Shown piece by piece: positions 8,564-17,783 of a stretch of DNA of 53,617 bases. The notes beneath the pieces were generated by a model that was not told where the DNA came from, ran no database searches, and saw only the letters and a program-made list of their open reading frames with translations. The translations under genes were made by a program, and so were the position numbers. Every line of letters starts with the position of its first letter. The stretch's first letter is position 1. The DNA is from a virus. Lineage: Duplodnaviria; Caudoviricetes. The stretch spans positions 1 through 53,617 of IMG/VR virus record IMGVR_UViG_3300046007_010355. The stretch is one strand, 5' to 3'.

Positions 8564-10809
8564 TTTTTTGCTTTGTTATCGGCCCTCTTTTTAGCTTTCC
8601 ATGTTGCACCAAATGCACGTTGAGCTATTTCTTTTTTATCTAAACCACTACCTTTATAACCAGCTTTGATATGTTTAGCCATACGTTTAAATTTAGCCTC
8701 TGGTGGTGCCTCTTCGTTAATCTCACTCTCTAACATTTGTTTAAGTTGTTCAAAGTATGGATCTATATTTTCTAATTCTTCTGCCACACCTCTTCCGTGA
8801 TTACCATTAGCATACGTATTATAAGATTCTTGACCATAACCATTGTTGAAATTAGAATGATCTTCTTTAGAGAAAACTTCATCACCTTGTAGATTATTTA
8901 GAACAGCATTTAGATAATCTGCTGCTTTAGTAATTTTACTTTGTTGCCAAGCTTCTAAGCCCTCCATTTCACTGTATTGTCTAATGATCTTTAGCAATCT
9001 CATAGCATCTTCGATGATACTTGTAAGTTCATTGCTGGCCATAGATATTTCGTGATCGACTGTTTCTTTCATATTTGAATCGGGTTGATCATCTTCTGGT
9101 TTTCTGACTAAAAATATTTTATCTTCTAATTCAGGTTTATTTTTAATAATAGCGAGAGCATAATTATTAGCACCGCGTTTCCAATCAAATACTTTTAGTT
9201 CGCCTTTGCTTCTTAAAATTTTACCATTAATTTTTAAATACCAAGGACCACGATCTCTATCTATTAACTGTCTTTGAAAATTAGGATCGTCTTCATGACC
9301 TAATTCTTGACCAAGCTCGGCTTGTTTAAATCTACGTTTTTCAGCATCCATTTGACGTTGTTGATCTCGTTCATATCCTCTGTAATAACCTGCTTCGTCG
9401 ACAGAGTTATGAACCTTACTTACTTTTAATGCATCTACAGTTTCTATATCTCTCGCAATAGTTAATGTATCTTGTGCTGGATCCTTATCTAAAACTGTCC
9501 ATATACCTTGATGATATTCGACTTTGTCACCTTTTTCAAAACTATCGGCTACTATATCAGCAAAGCCTTCCGTTAAACTTTGTCTTGGCTCAACAAAATG
9601 TCGACCGTCGCCGTCTCGATGAATTATTTCATTGATGAAGTTCTGGGGAGTAGTCATTACTTCATCTATCATGTCTTGACCTATTGCGTCTACTATTCTG
9701 GGCCAGCCTCCTGGCTCTTTGGCAGGGATAAGTCGCCAATCTGTAACAAAACGATATTGTATATCTTGATTAGTAGTGTCATACCACTTGTGATCTAACC
9801 AATCCTCATAGCCTCGACCCTGGGGTCCGTAAACTCTTTCGTATTCCGCTTCTCGATCCTCTCGGTCTTTGGGATCTAAATAAAATATTGCTTCTATTTT
9901 TGGTCCTCCCCACTTGATCTTGACCTTGCCGGTAAACCGTTCTCCTCGAGGAAAGGGAGTTGCAGTATCCCCCATGGAATATTTTTTATTTTTTGGCCAA
10001 ACTAGTACATTCGTTCCCTTAAAATTTAAGGGAAGTTCAAGTGAGTCACCGCCATCGTCACCGCCGCGATTCGGGGCAAATTCATTTAATCGTTCTTCCG
10101 CCACACCTTGCTGCATATTGATGTAACTCGGGGGATTCTTTGGATCAAATTCTGTGCCCGCAGGTAAATTTTTACTATGTGCTACATGACCGTATATCCC
10201 TACATCGCCGTCAATAATGCTGTATTCTACACCTCTTTTGGGTTCTAAATTATACATAAAGGTTTCTGCGTCTTTATAGTTTGCAAATGGACCAAAAGCC
10301 ATTTGATCAGGATCTGCATTGATGTCATTTATATAATAGTCTGCCTGTCCTGGGTTGGTTTGATAGCCTTCCGCCACACTATCTTCTTTGTATGCCTTAC
10401 TATATTTGTCTCTCAATCTACCTAATTCTGCCTGACTGGCACCTCTACGACCTGCTGCCGCAGCCATCTTCATATACTTCTCGCCATGTTTTTTTACACC
10501 TGTGTGATACTGTAGACCGCTTTCTTCTACATCATTTTCGGCGAATGGTTTACGATGTTTTTCCTGACCGCTCTTTTGTTCTTTTTTCTTATCACGGTGT
10601 TTACCACCGCCAGTTTGTGGACGTAGATGACCCTGTCTTGGTTTTTGAGGAACTGTTGGAGTGGCTTCACTAGCTGATCTACGTTGTGTTTGACCTAAAT
10701 TATGTGAAACAGTGGAACCTCCTGCTGTGCTAGATGCACCGCCGGTAGCAGTTTCTAAAATATATCTAGTTTCTTTATCTTTTTGGATTTTTTTGAATTC
10801 GTTTGTCAT
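8560..10809 (-). CDS. Modular (poly)protein, probable head-internal protein
   Basis: 749 aa with repeated (V/L/I)xE junctions (DSVAEG, QQGVAEE, SLTEG, SVDEA, GRGVAEE) separating unrelated-looking modules. Confidence 0.7.
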   Translation of the reverse strand: MTNEFKKIQKDKETRYILETATGGASSTAGGSTVSHNLGQTQRRSASEATPTVPQKPRQGHLRPQTGGGKHRDKKKEQKSGQEKHRKPFAENDVEESGLQYHTGVKKHGEKYMKMAAAAGRRGASQAELGRLRDKYSKAYKEDSVAEGYQTNPGQADYYINDINADPDQMAFGPFANYKDAETFMYNLEPKRGVEYSIIDGDVGIYGHVAHSKNLPAGTEFDPKNPPSYINMQQGVAEERLNEFAPNRGGDDGGDSLELPLNFKGTNVLVWPKNKKYSMGDTATPFPRGERFTGKVKIKWGGPKIEAIFYLDPKDREDREAEYERVYGPQGRGYEDWLDHKWYDTTNQDIQYRFVTDWRLIPAKEPGGWPRIVDAIGQDMIDEVMTTPQNFINEIIHRDGDGRHFVEPRQSLTEGFADIVADSFEKGDKVEYHQGIWTVLDKDPAQDTLTIARDIETVDALKVSKVHNSVDEAGYYRGYERDQQRQMDAEKRRFKQAELGQELGHEDDPNFQRQLIDRDRGPWYLKINGKILRSKGELKVFDWKRGANNYALAIIKNKPELEDKIFLVRKPEDDQPDSNMKETVDHEISMASNELTSIIEDAMRLLKIIRQYSEMEGLEAWQQSKITKAADYLNAVLNNLQGDEVFSKEDHSNFNNGYGQESYNTYANGNHGRGVAEELENIDPYFEQLKQMLESEINEEAPPEAKFKRMAKHIKAGYKGSGLDKKEIAQRAFGATWKAKKRADNKAKK
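8778..10379 (-). repeat. Dispersed 12-nt direct repeat GTGTGGCGGAAG (three copies)
   Basis: Exact copies at 10368-10379 and 10095-10106, one-mismatch copy at 8778-8789; all in frame, encoding VAE. Confidence 0.75.
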
Positions 10810-11171
10810 TTTTTATTCCAATTACTAATTGGGCTCACGGTATATGTGTCAGGTAGTTCTGAACTTTCCATGTCTCCATGATTTAAGTCGTGCACCTTCA
10901 CTCCCGCTACCTTAGCTGATAATTTAATCATTTCTTGTTCTGCTTTACTATATGGATGAAGTGTTTTCCATCTACCTACCCAACTTTCTTCAGGCATATC
11001 GGGTAAATTTACTCCATCACATTTTGCCAAAGCCATTCCTAATCTATAAAGTTTATAATCGCTACTCCATCTATCATCGTCTGTGAATTTGTTTAAGCCT
11101 CTTGTGGCAAAGCGTTGCCTTTTAGAAGGTTCGGGATTCAATTGTTCAAAAATAAATTCACGTGCTCTCAT
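10806..11171 (-). CDS. Hypothetical protein
   Basis: Likely start MRAREFIFE through an ATGA overlap with dps. Confidence 0.75.
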   Translation of the reverse strand: MRAREFIFEQLNPEPSKRQRFATRGLNKFTDDDRWSSDYKLYRLGMALAKCDGVNLPDMPEESWVGRWKTLHPYSKAEQEMIKLSAKVAGVKVHDLNHGDMESSELPDTYTVSPISNWNKK

Positions 11172-11602
11172 TTTAAAGTTGCTCTTAACATCCATCCGTG
11201 CTTATCATGTGCATCTATTCTTGATGCTACAAAATCACTAAATCCATGCTCTCCTAAATTTTCTGATTCTTCAAAAAGTTTTTTGAAAATGATTTTCATT
11301 TTTTCATTATCCATTAACAGTTCTTGAACCATTTGCTTACTATCTAAAATTTCAGTTTCATCTTCTACTTTGGAAAGCATACTTAGCCTAGTATAGCTAC
11401 CGGGCATATATGTGCCTAAACTACGTATCTTTTCGGCAAAATCATCTATACTACCATATACTTCTTCGTAGATTTTGCCGAATAAACTATGTAAAGATTC
11501 AAAGAACATGCCTTCGACATTCCAATGAAATTGATGTGCCTTTAAATAAAAACTGAATTCGCTGGCAAAAGCGATTTTAGCAAGTTTATGTAGATTTTCC
11601 AT
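11168..11602 (-). CDS. dps: Dps-family DNA protection / ferritin-like protein
   Basis: KAHQFHWNVEG, LHSLF, IDDFAEKIR, HDKHGWML. Confidence 0.92.
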   Translation of the reverse strand: MENLHKLAKIAFASEFSFYLKAHQFHWNVEGMFFESLHSLFGKIYEEVYGSIDDFAEKIRSLGTYMPGSYTRLSMLSKVEDETEILDSKQMVQELLMDNEKMKIIFKKLFEESENLGEHGFSDFVASRIDAHDKHGWMLRATLK

Positions 11603-11608
11603 AATATA

Positions 11609-11914
11609 TTATTTACCTATCGGCTTCTCTCCGGTCATGTATGGCAAACTAAACCATAACTTAAACCATTCTGGTGTTCCTGGTTTAATATTGTTATCTC
11701 GCATTAATTTTGCCTTTTCGTTCGCTGTTTTACTAATGTTACTACCTTCATTGGTTTTTAAACTCAATTTATATTCGTGCAGTCTATTTGCAGAATTTAA
11801 ACCAGCGAGATATTGAACAATTTTTAATTCATTTATTGGATCTTCTGGAGAAATATATGCATCATCCTCACTATCTTTTAAAATATTTTCGCTGGTAATT
11901 TTGTATTGTTTCAT
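11609..11914 (-). CDS. Hypothetical protein
   Basis: 101-aa ORF with IKPGTPEWFKLWF motif; ATGA-coupled. Confidence 0.75.
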   Translation of the reverse strand: MKQYKITSENILKDSEDDAYISPEDPINELKIVQYLAGLNSANRLHEYKLSLKTNEGSNISKTANEKAKLMRDNNIKPGTPEWFKLWFSLPYMTGEKPIGK

Positions 11915-14900
11915 TTTTTTAATATTTTTTCAATTAGTGCGGACTTTATATTGTCAATACTTTCTGCTAAACTTTCGTTACTCTTATTACCCCAATTACC
12001 TTTAGCTTTACGGCATTTAACTAAAGCACCACTGGCATATGCACTTGGCCAAACTTTATACCTGCTTTTGACTTTGTAATAACAAGAATCTTTCTTTTCA
12101 TTCATAAATGTTTCGGAAAACATGGGTCCACCACAATGTGGGCATTTTTCACTTTGCTCGTTATGAGTTTTCTTTTTACAACTACCCGGGGCACCAGCTG
12201 GAACACCTTGAACTCTTGTGTAGCCTGACCAGCACTTTAATTCATCAATTTTTTCTTCTGCTGAATCTTGCTGATAAAGGTCATTGTTAGTAAAGTCATA
12301 TATCTCCCCATCCTTATCTATTTTTACTTTTATAAGCCTAGGACTTGGTATTCTAACAATTACACCTGGTTCTGTTCCATACAAACCAAATCTACCATAG
12401 CCTGAAACATTGGCTATGACACGCTGCCCTACTGTAGGTACCATGACTTTTCTAAGATTAGGATTATCGCCTTCAGGTACATTCTCATTCGATTTCTTTT
12501 TTGTAGCAACATTAATTGCTTTACCTGAACGCTCTGGATTAGGATCTTCTCTACGCTTTCTTGCTGCTGCACTAGCACGACCTTTTTTGCCTAAGGCTTG
12601 TGCTTTACTTTGTGGTAAACATTTAGGTTTACCTTCGCTATCGTCTCCACGAGCACAGTCACCACGTATTTTTCCATCAGGACCGAATCTTACCCATTTT
12701 TCTTTGAACCATTTTCTTAAGTTTTCATCTACTTTATCACTGTCGATATCTGTTTCGCCTACTAACTGACCACGTTTCACCGGACCTTTCTGTTTACCTT
12801 TAGCTTGAGCAGCTGGGCCTAATTTATGATATGTAGGAGAACCTGTTCCTGCAAATGCAGATTTTGGTAACATACCTTCTGTGGCTATTAGAGGATTTAT
12901 TAATGCTCTAAATAATCTTATTTCTGAAATTGGCAATTGTGTTTTCGGAGACATAGAAGAATTCTTCCCTAGTGTAATATTCATTAGATTTCTAATCCAA
13001 TTTTGATCTTTGATACTAAAACTTGAAAACCAAACTTTATCTTGCATTTGCTGATCTGTGAGATTTGCATACTCAGGATGATCTTTTCTGTAACCATCTG
13101 GATTTCTTAATACATTTCTAAGACCTGTAAAACTGATTCCAGTTCCTCCTGTTTTTTCCGAACGTTCTGTAATATATGGAATTACTTTAACATGTTCATA
13201 TCCTGCAAATTTGTTAACAGCCTTCATTAAAGCCGATGCCATCTGTTTGGCCATACTTTCTCTATCTTTACCTACAGCGATAACAATCGTATCATACTTT
13301 GGTAATTTTCCTGGCAGTGGATTAATTAGTTCATGCTTAACTTTTTGTATCAGTGACCCGCCTTGCATAACTGTGCTGATGTTTTGTGCATGTTCAGGAT
13401 CTAATTTATGCCATGTTTTTACTTTGATAGCAGGCGGGATAGGGTCATCCTTGCCTTCTGCATTACCAATAAACAGATAAGGATCGCCTCCTAACTCTGT
13501 TGCTTTTTCTTTTGTTAAGTTCCAAAGTTGTTCGTGCCCTTTATGTCCAACAAAACTGCCAATAGCAACTACCGCAGTTTTATTAGTATTTTCTCTGCCG
13601 TGATCTGTACGAGCAGCAGCTTTGGCAGCATTTTTTTGTGCTATAATGTCTTTCTGCCTCTGACTGGTTACTTTGATTGGACCTAATCGACTATTAATTA
13701 CTATACCTTCATAGTCCTGTCCTAACATATCCTTGCCAATAATATTAGGATCTTCATCGATAGCTTTTTCTAATGCAATCTGTATAGGTTTTAATTGTGC
13801 TTCAACTTGTCTACGTAGATCTAAACTGGCGCGATCTCGCTTACCTGCTGTATCACTTACAATTCGTTTGAGCTCTTCTAGGTTTTCTAAAGGAGGTATA
13901 ATTGCTGTAACATCTAGTCCTTGTTTTTGTATGAGTCGATTGCTCATGAACATCACTTTGCCTTGATTGCCTAGACCTGTTATAGCTTTAAGCTCGTCTT
14001 CAGTTTCTGGAATATCTTCGCCTGTAGTAGCATCTACTATACGATAGGGGACCAGAACTAGTTCAACTCCGGTAGGTAATTTATCATATTCTATGCCAAC
14101 AAACAATAATTTGCCTTCTGGTGTTTCTGTAGCAAAAGGAGCAAATAGTACTTCACAAGTAACCTGTTTGTTTAGAAGAAATTCTGGACCTAAATTTGCA
14201 TCTACCATTTTAATGGCATACATTATTTGGTTAAACAAATCATCAAACAGTCCTGCTCTACGTAGAATATCTGGATCAGTTGTTCCTTTTTGTTGATGAT
14301 AGTCTAGAAATCCTGCCTTGTAACGAGGTTCAGTTCTACTCGTTCCCATAAAAGGTTGACCATCGGCATTCTTACCAAATCTGCCACCAAATCCGTCTAC
14401 CTTTACATTTAACGGTATGTCTTGTAGTTTAAAATTACCGTTGCCGTCATGTATTTCGTCTAACAAGTCTAAAAAATCCGCAGGCTTAAGATCTCGTAGA
14501 TGAGGCATATTTTTTCTTAATTGTGCCTTTACTTCTGCTTCTGTCAAAGAAGCCTGTTGTCGAGCTTTTAATTTTTTAAGTTCGGCTCGGGGTTGTTTAA
14601 TATCTGGATTGGCTTTTTTAAATGCTTCTAATTCTTCATAATCGGCTGTATATGCCGTAGCCATATCGATTGCTTCCTGTCTTAATCCGGTAGGATTAGG
14701 TAATTTAAGTGGTTTAATATTTTCTTCCTTATTACCTAATATCATTGCATCTACGGCTGCGAATTTAATATCTCTATCTCTAATCGGATCACCTTTAGTG
14801 ATCATTTGTTCTCCAGGGTCAAACAAAATTTTTAAAAATTGACGAGCAATTCCTTCGTTGACTTCGGGAGTAAACTCTTGATTCATTAATTGAATTGTAC

Positions 14901-15843
14901 CTAAAAAACTATTTTGTAAAGCAACATCTTGTTTAGTTCTTTTTCTACCAAATAAAGATAAAAATTGCTTATCTAAATTTTGAACATATTCTCTATCTTC
15001 TGAATCGACTTCTACTTTTACAGGAATATTGTTAATAAACATAGGTTCACCGGTATTAGGATCAATATAATCTTTATATCTATCGGATAAACCTCCTCCC
15101 TGACTACTTTTGACAGCAAAACTCTTATCTGCTGATACTACAGGTTCTGGTGAAATTTCTGTAGGTTTTCTTTTATAAACTTTGGCAATATATTTTTCAG
15201 TGGCTTGTGATATGGGTATACTTCTATATAGGTATTTGTGAAAGACTCCTTTTATTCCTTGTGCCATATCATTATAATCAGCACTGTGACTAAATTTAAA
15301 CCATTCAGTAGGTTTGCCTGTTTCGGGTTCATAAGGTCCTAATTCATAATCAACCTGCACTTTTATTGGAGGATCGTCTAATAACCAAAGACCCGATAAA
15401 CTGGCATTAAATCCAATAAATGTAGCATTACCGATTTTTTTACCTATAATGCTTTTAAGCCAAGCATTAATTTCATCTGCAATTTCTCGATCTACCTGTG
15501 TATCTATGTCACCGACTTTGGTTTTCTTTAATTTGTTGAGAAAATCTTGTGTATTAACACCTTTTACATCCATAAAATACAAACTACTGCCACTGAACAT
15601 ATCATTGCCGTCTAATAACTTTGGATCCCAAATTGGACGACCGTATGCAGCTTCAAATGATTGATTTTGTGCTTTCAACAATTCTCGCATTTTTTCAACC
15701 ATAAAATCACGATTATGAAGTTTTAAATCTATTTCTTCTGCTTTATGTTCTCCGGGAACGCCTTGCCAACCCGGGCTATCTGAACCAACATTACCGCCTT
15801 CAGTTATTAAATTTTGTTTTCTAAATAATTGATTAAGAAACAT
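11911..15843 (-). CDS. Multidomain protein: Pol-beta-like nucleotidyltransferase + ligase-like KxDG domain + HxGH cytidylyltransferase-like domain + small basic/Cys modules
   Basis: SGSS...GDID...QVD; VKVDG...EVLF...EGIV...IKV; FVGHKGH; C-terminal LRKWFKEKWV, CPHC and WPSAYASG modules. Confidence 0.65.
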   Translation of the reverse strand: MFLNQLFRKQNLITEGGNVGSDSPGWQGVPGEHKAEEIDLKLHNRDFMVEKMRELLKAQNQSFEAAYGRPIWDPKLLDGNDMFSGSSLYFMDVKGVNTQDFLNKLKKTKVGDIDTQVDREIADEINAWLKSIIGKKIGNATFIGFNASLSGLWLLDDPPIKVQVDYELGPYEPETGKPTEWFKFSHSADYNDMAQGIKGVFHKYLYRSIPISQATEKYIAKVYKRKPTEISPEPVVSADKSFAVKSSQGGGLSDRYKDYIDPNTGEPMFINNIPVKVEVDSEDREYVQNLDKQFLSLFGRKRTKQDVALQNSFLGTIQLMNQEFTPEVNEGIARQFLKILFDPGEQMITKGDPIRDRDIKFAAVDAMILGNKEENIKPLKLPNPTGLRQEAIDMATAYTADYEELEAFKKANPDIKQPRAELKKLKARQQASLTEAEVKAQLRKNMPHLRDLKPADFLDLLDEIHDGNGNFKLQDIPLNVKVDGFGGRFGKNADGQPFMGTSRTEPRYKAGFLDYHQQKGTTDPDILRRAGLFDDLFNQIMYAIKMVDANLGPEFLLNKQVTCEVLFAPFATETPEGKLLFVGIEYDKLPTGVELVLVPYRIVDATTGEDIPETEDELKAITGLGNQGKVMFMSNRLIQKQGLDVTAIIPPLENLEELKRIVSDTAGKRDRASLDLRRQVEAQLKPIQIALEKAIDEDPNIIGKDMLGQDYEGIVINSRLGPIKVTSQRQKDIIAQKNAAKAAARTDHGRENTNKTAVVAIGSFVGHKGHEQLWNLTKEKATELGGDPYLFIGNAEGKDDPIPPAIKVKTWHKLDPEHAQNISTVMQGGSLIQKVKHELINPLPGKLPKYDTIVIAVGKDRESMAKQMASALMKAVNKFAGYEHVKVIPYITERSEKTGGTGISFTGLRNVLRNPDGYRKDHPEYANLTDQQMQDKVWFSSFSIKDQNWIRNLMNITLGKNSSMSPKTQLPISEIRLFRALINPLIATEGMLPKSAFAGTGSPTYHKLGPAAQAKGKQKGPVKRGQLVGETDIDSDKVDENLRKWFKEKWVRFGPDGKIRGDCARGDDSEGKPKCLPQSKAQALGKKGRASAAARKRREDPNPERSGKAINVATKKKSNENVPEGDNPNLRKVMVPTVGQRVIANVSGYGRFGLYGTEPGVIVRIPSPRLIKVKIDKDGEIYDFTNNDLYQQDSAEEKIDELKCWSGYTRVQGVPAGAPGSCKKKTHNEQSEKCPHCGGPMFSETFMNEKKDSCYYKVKSRYKVWPSAYASGALVKCRKAKGNWGNKSNESLAESIDNIKSALIEKILKK

Positions 15844-15844
15844 T

Positions 15845-16222
15845 TTAAATACCTAATGAATAATTGTCTTTTAGAATATCTTCATAATAATGACTATAAA
15901 GTTTTTCACATAATGATTGTCTCATTGTTTTAGAAAACAGTTTTTCAGGTTTACCATTCATTTTTTCTCTATGATAATATTCCATACAGCCCTTGTTGAC
16001 CATAGGCATAAATGCTTTGACAAATTGTTCTTTATCAAATGAATTATTTTTATGTTTCTGTTTCATTTTTCTAGCTAATGGCATAAAATAATCTTTGTGT
16101 AACTTGTCATGATTTATTATAAACCAAAATAGATCGTCATTAGGATTTTCGTTATCTGTTTCCGAATTAGTTCGATTTTTATCTATATCAATTGCTTTAC
16201 CGAAGAATTCTTTTAGTAGCAT
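15845..16222 (-). CDS. Hypothetical protein
   Basis: 125-aa ORF, starts MLLKEFF. Confidence 0.8.
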   Translation of the reverse strand: MLLKEFFGKAIDIDKNRTNSETDNENPNDDLFWFIINHDKLHKDYFMPLARKMKQKHKNNSFDKEQFVKAFMPMVNKGCMEYYHREKMNGKPEKLFSKTMRQSLCEKLYSHYYEDILKDNYSLGI

Positions 16223-16249
16223 GATTTCGCCTTATATATAAACATGTAA

Positions 16250-16666
16250 TTACCAAGCTCTACATGACCAGTATCTTGCTTTCCAGCGTGGGCCGGGATT
16301 ATCGCAATTATGTCTTGCTCTAAACGACTTTCTTCTTCCTGGGATATGTTTTTTAATACTTAATTTTTTATCGCCAAAATTTACTTTAACAATATTTCCA
16401 TTAGGTTTTTTAACATATACCTTTGATTTTTTAACGTCTCCAGCCATAGGTTTACCTAAAGGAACTTTTCTACCTTGATATTCAGCTTCGTCTAATCTAA
16501 GAAATGAACAAGCAGTATCGTCAATATGAATAACAATACCTTCAGGAACTATATCTGCTATAGTAGTTTCGATTAGGAGATCGTCTAATTCTAGGTAAAA
16601 GATATCTCCTTCTTGTAAATGCTCTTCAGTTGATGATAAAGAGTTTAAAAGGTCGCGGATCTGCAT
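16250..16666 (-). CDS. Hypothetical protein with a basic C-terminal domain
   Basis: EAEYQGRKV...KVNFG...SFRARHNC...ARYWSC; AAGGAG RBS. Confidence 0.8.
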   Translation of the reverse strand: MQIRDLLNSLSSTEEHLQEGDIFYLELDDLLIETTIADIVPEGIVIHIDDTACSFLRLDEAEYQGRKVPLGKPMAGDVKKSKVYVKKPNGNIVKVNFGDKKLSIKKHIPGRRKSFRARHNCDNPGPRWKARYWSCRAW

Positions 16667-16692
16667 ACTATACTCCTTGTATAGTGTATTTA
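16667..16692 (-). promoter_or_regulatory. TAAATA late-type promoter followed by an RBS-containing hairpin
   Basis: ATAAATAC-ACTATAC-AAGGA-GTATAGT-ATG. Confidence 0.5.
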
Positions 16693-16715
16693 TTATAAAC
16701 TAATTAATTGGAAAT

Positions 16716-17120
16716 TTAGTTATTGTATTGAACCATGAATACTGAACCTGCTGATATAGCAACAGATCCACGTACCCAAACAAAATTGCCGGTAAAATTA
16801 TAACAATCGACCGTGCTAGTTGTTCTAATGTTCAACGCAGAATAGGTAGATGATGTACCATTTACTGTAAACCAATCTGTAACAGTGGGTTCTGTGGCCA
16901 GAGTAGCCTGCATGGTAATTGTGCCAACAAAGTTTTGACTCGACGCATACATTACTGTATGTAATCCGTCACTACCGCCAAAATAGCCATCTCCTTTTAC
17001 CTTACTACTGATATAATTAAGTGTAACCGAAGAAGTATTGGGGTAAACAACCTGCACTGTAGCAGTGCTACCTAGAGAATTAGCAGGCGTAAATAACAAA
17101 CTTTGGCTTAAAGCTGGCAT
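16716..17120 (-). CDS. Putative virion structural protein
   Basis: Thr/Ser/Gly-rich beta-type sequence, NFTGNFVWVR; ATAAATA upstream. Confidence 0.6.
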   Translation of the reverse strand: MPALSQSLLFTPANSLGSTATVQVVYPNTSSVTLNYISSKVKGDGYFGGSDGLHTVMYASSQNFVGTITMQATLATEPTVTDWFTVNGTSSTYSALNIRTTSTVDCYNFTGNFVWVRGSVAISAGSVFMVQYNN

Positions 17121-17135
17121 TATAGGGTCCTATTT

Positions 17136-17783
17136 TCAAGTATTTATGCTAGACCTTAATACAAATTTTTCTATGTGTCCTATATATTGGTTATAAGTTA
17201 ATAGCATCATAGTAATCATTTTAGGGTCTGAAACATATACAAATGGACTTTGTATCCATTGACGTTTACCCTTTAAGTACTCTGCGGTCGATTTACTTAT
17301 TTTAAAAATTTCTTTGTGTTGATTTAACCAATTATAGATTTCTAATTTGGCATATGTTGGAATATTCTTAAAAAATACTTTATGTGTATAACATTCATAG
17401 GGATAACTATCTACTATAGTTAATTTACTATTTTCTGTAAGCAATTTTTTTTCAGTATCACTATGAGGTTCCCAAACCTTAACAATATGCTGTGATAAAT
17501 CTTGTGTTAAAGATTCGAATAAAGCTTTATCCTCTAAAAATATATTAAGATATGACCCTTCTAATCTTGTTTTGATTAATTTTTGTTCAATCAGTGGTGA
17601 TAATAAAAGTAAAAGGTGCTGTAAATTTTTTCCGCTTGATGTATGGTTAAGATTCAGCAAATTAATTACACCCAATATACCATAATATTTGACTTTGTTA
17701 ATTCCTAAAACAAAGCAAGATATTTTGTAGGGGAATTTGTTATAAAATAGTTTACTGGTTTTCTGTTTGTGTAAATTTTTCAT
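17136..17783 (-). CDS. Hypothetical protein
   Basis: 215-aa ORF downstream of clpA. Confidence 0.75.
   Translation of the reverse strand: MKNLHKQKTSKLFYNKFPYKISCFVLGINKVKYYGILGVINLLNLNHTSSGKNLQHLLLLLSPLIEQKLIKTRLEGSYLNIFLEDKALFESLTQDLSQHIVKVWEPHSDTEKKLLTENSKLTIVDSYPYECYTHKVFFKNIPTYAKLEIYNWLNQHKEIFKISKSTAEYLKGKRQWIQSPFVYVSDPKMITMMLLTYNQYIGHIEKFVLRSSINT

Noticed and set aside
11908-11921. A AAA AAA run at the end of the 1310-aa ORF as a second -1 frameshift
   Set aside because: The next gene has its own ATG in an ordinary ATGA overlap and no clear stimulatory hairpin; Lys-Lys-stop endings are common in this AT-rich genome
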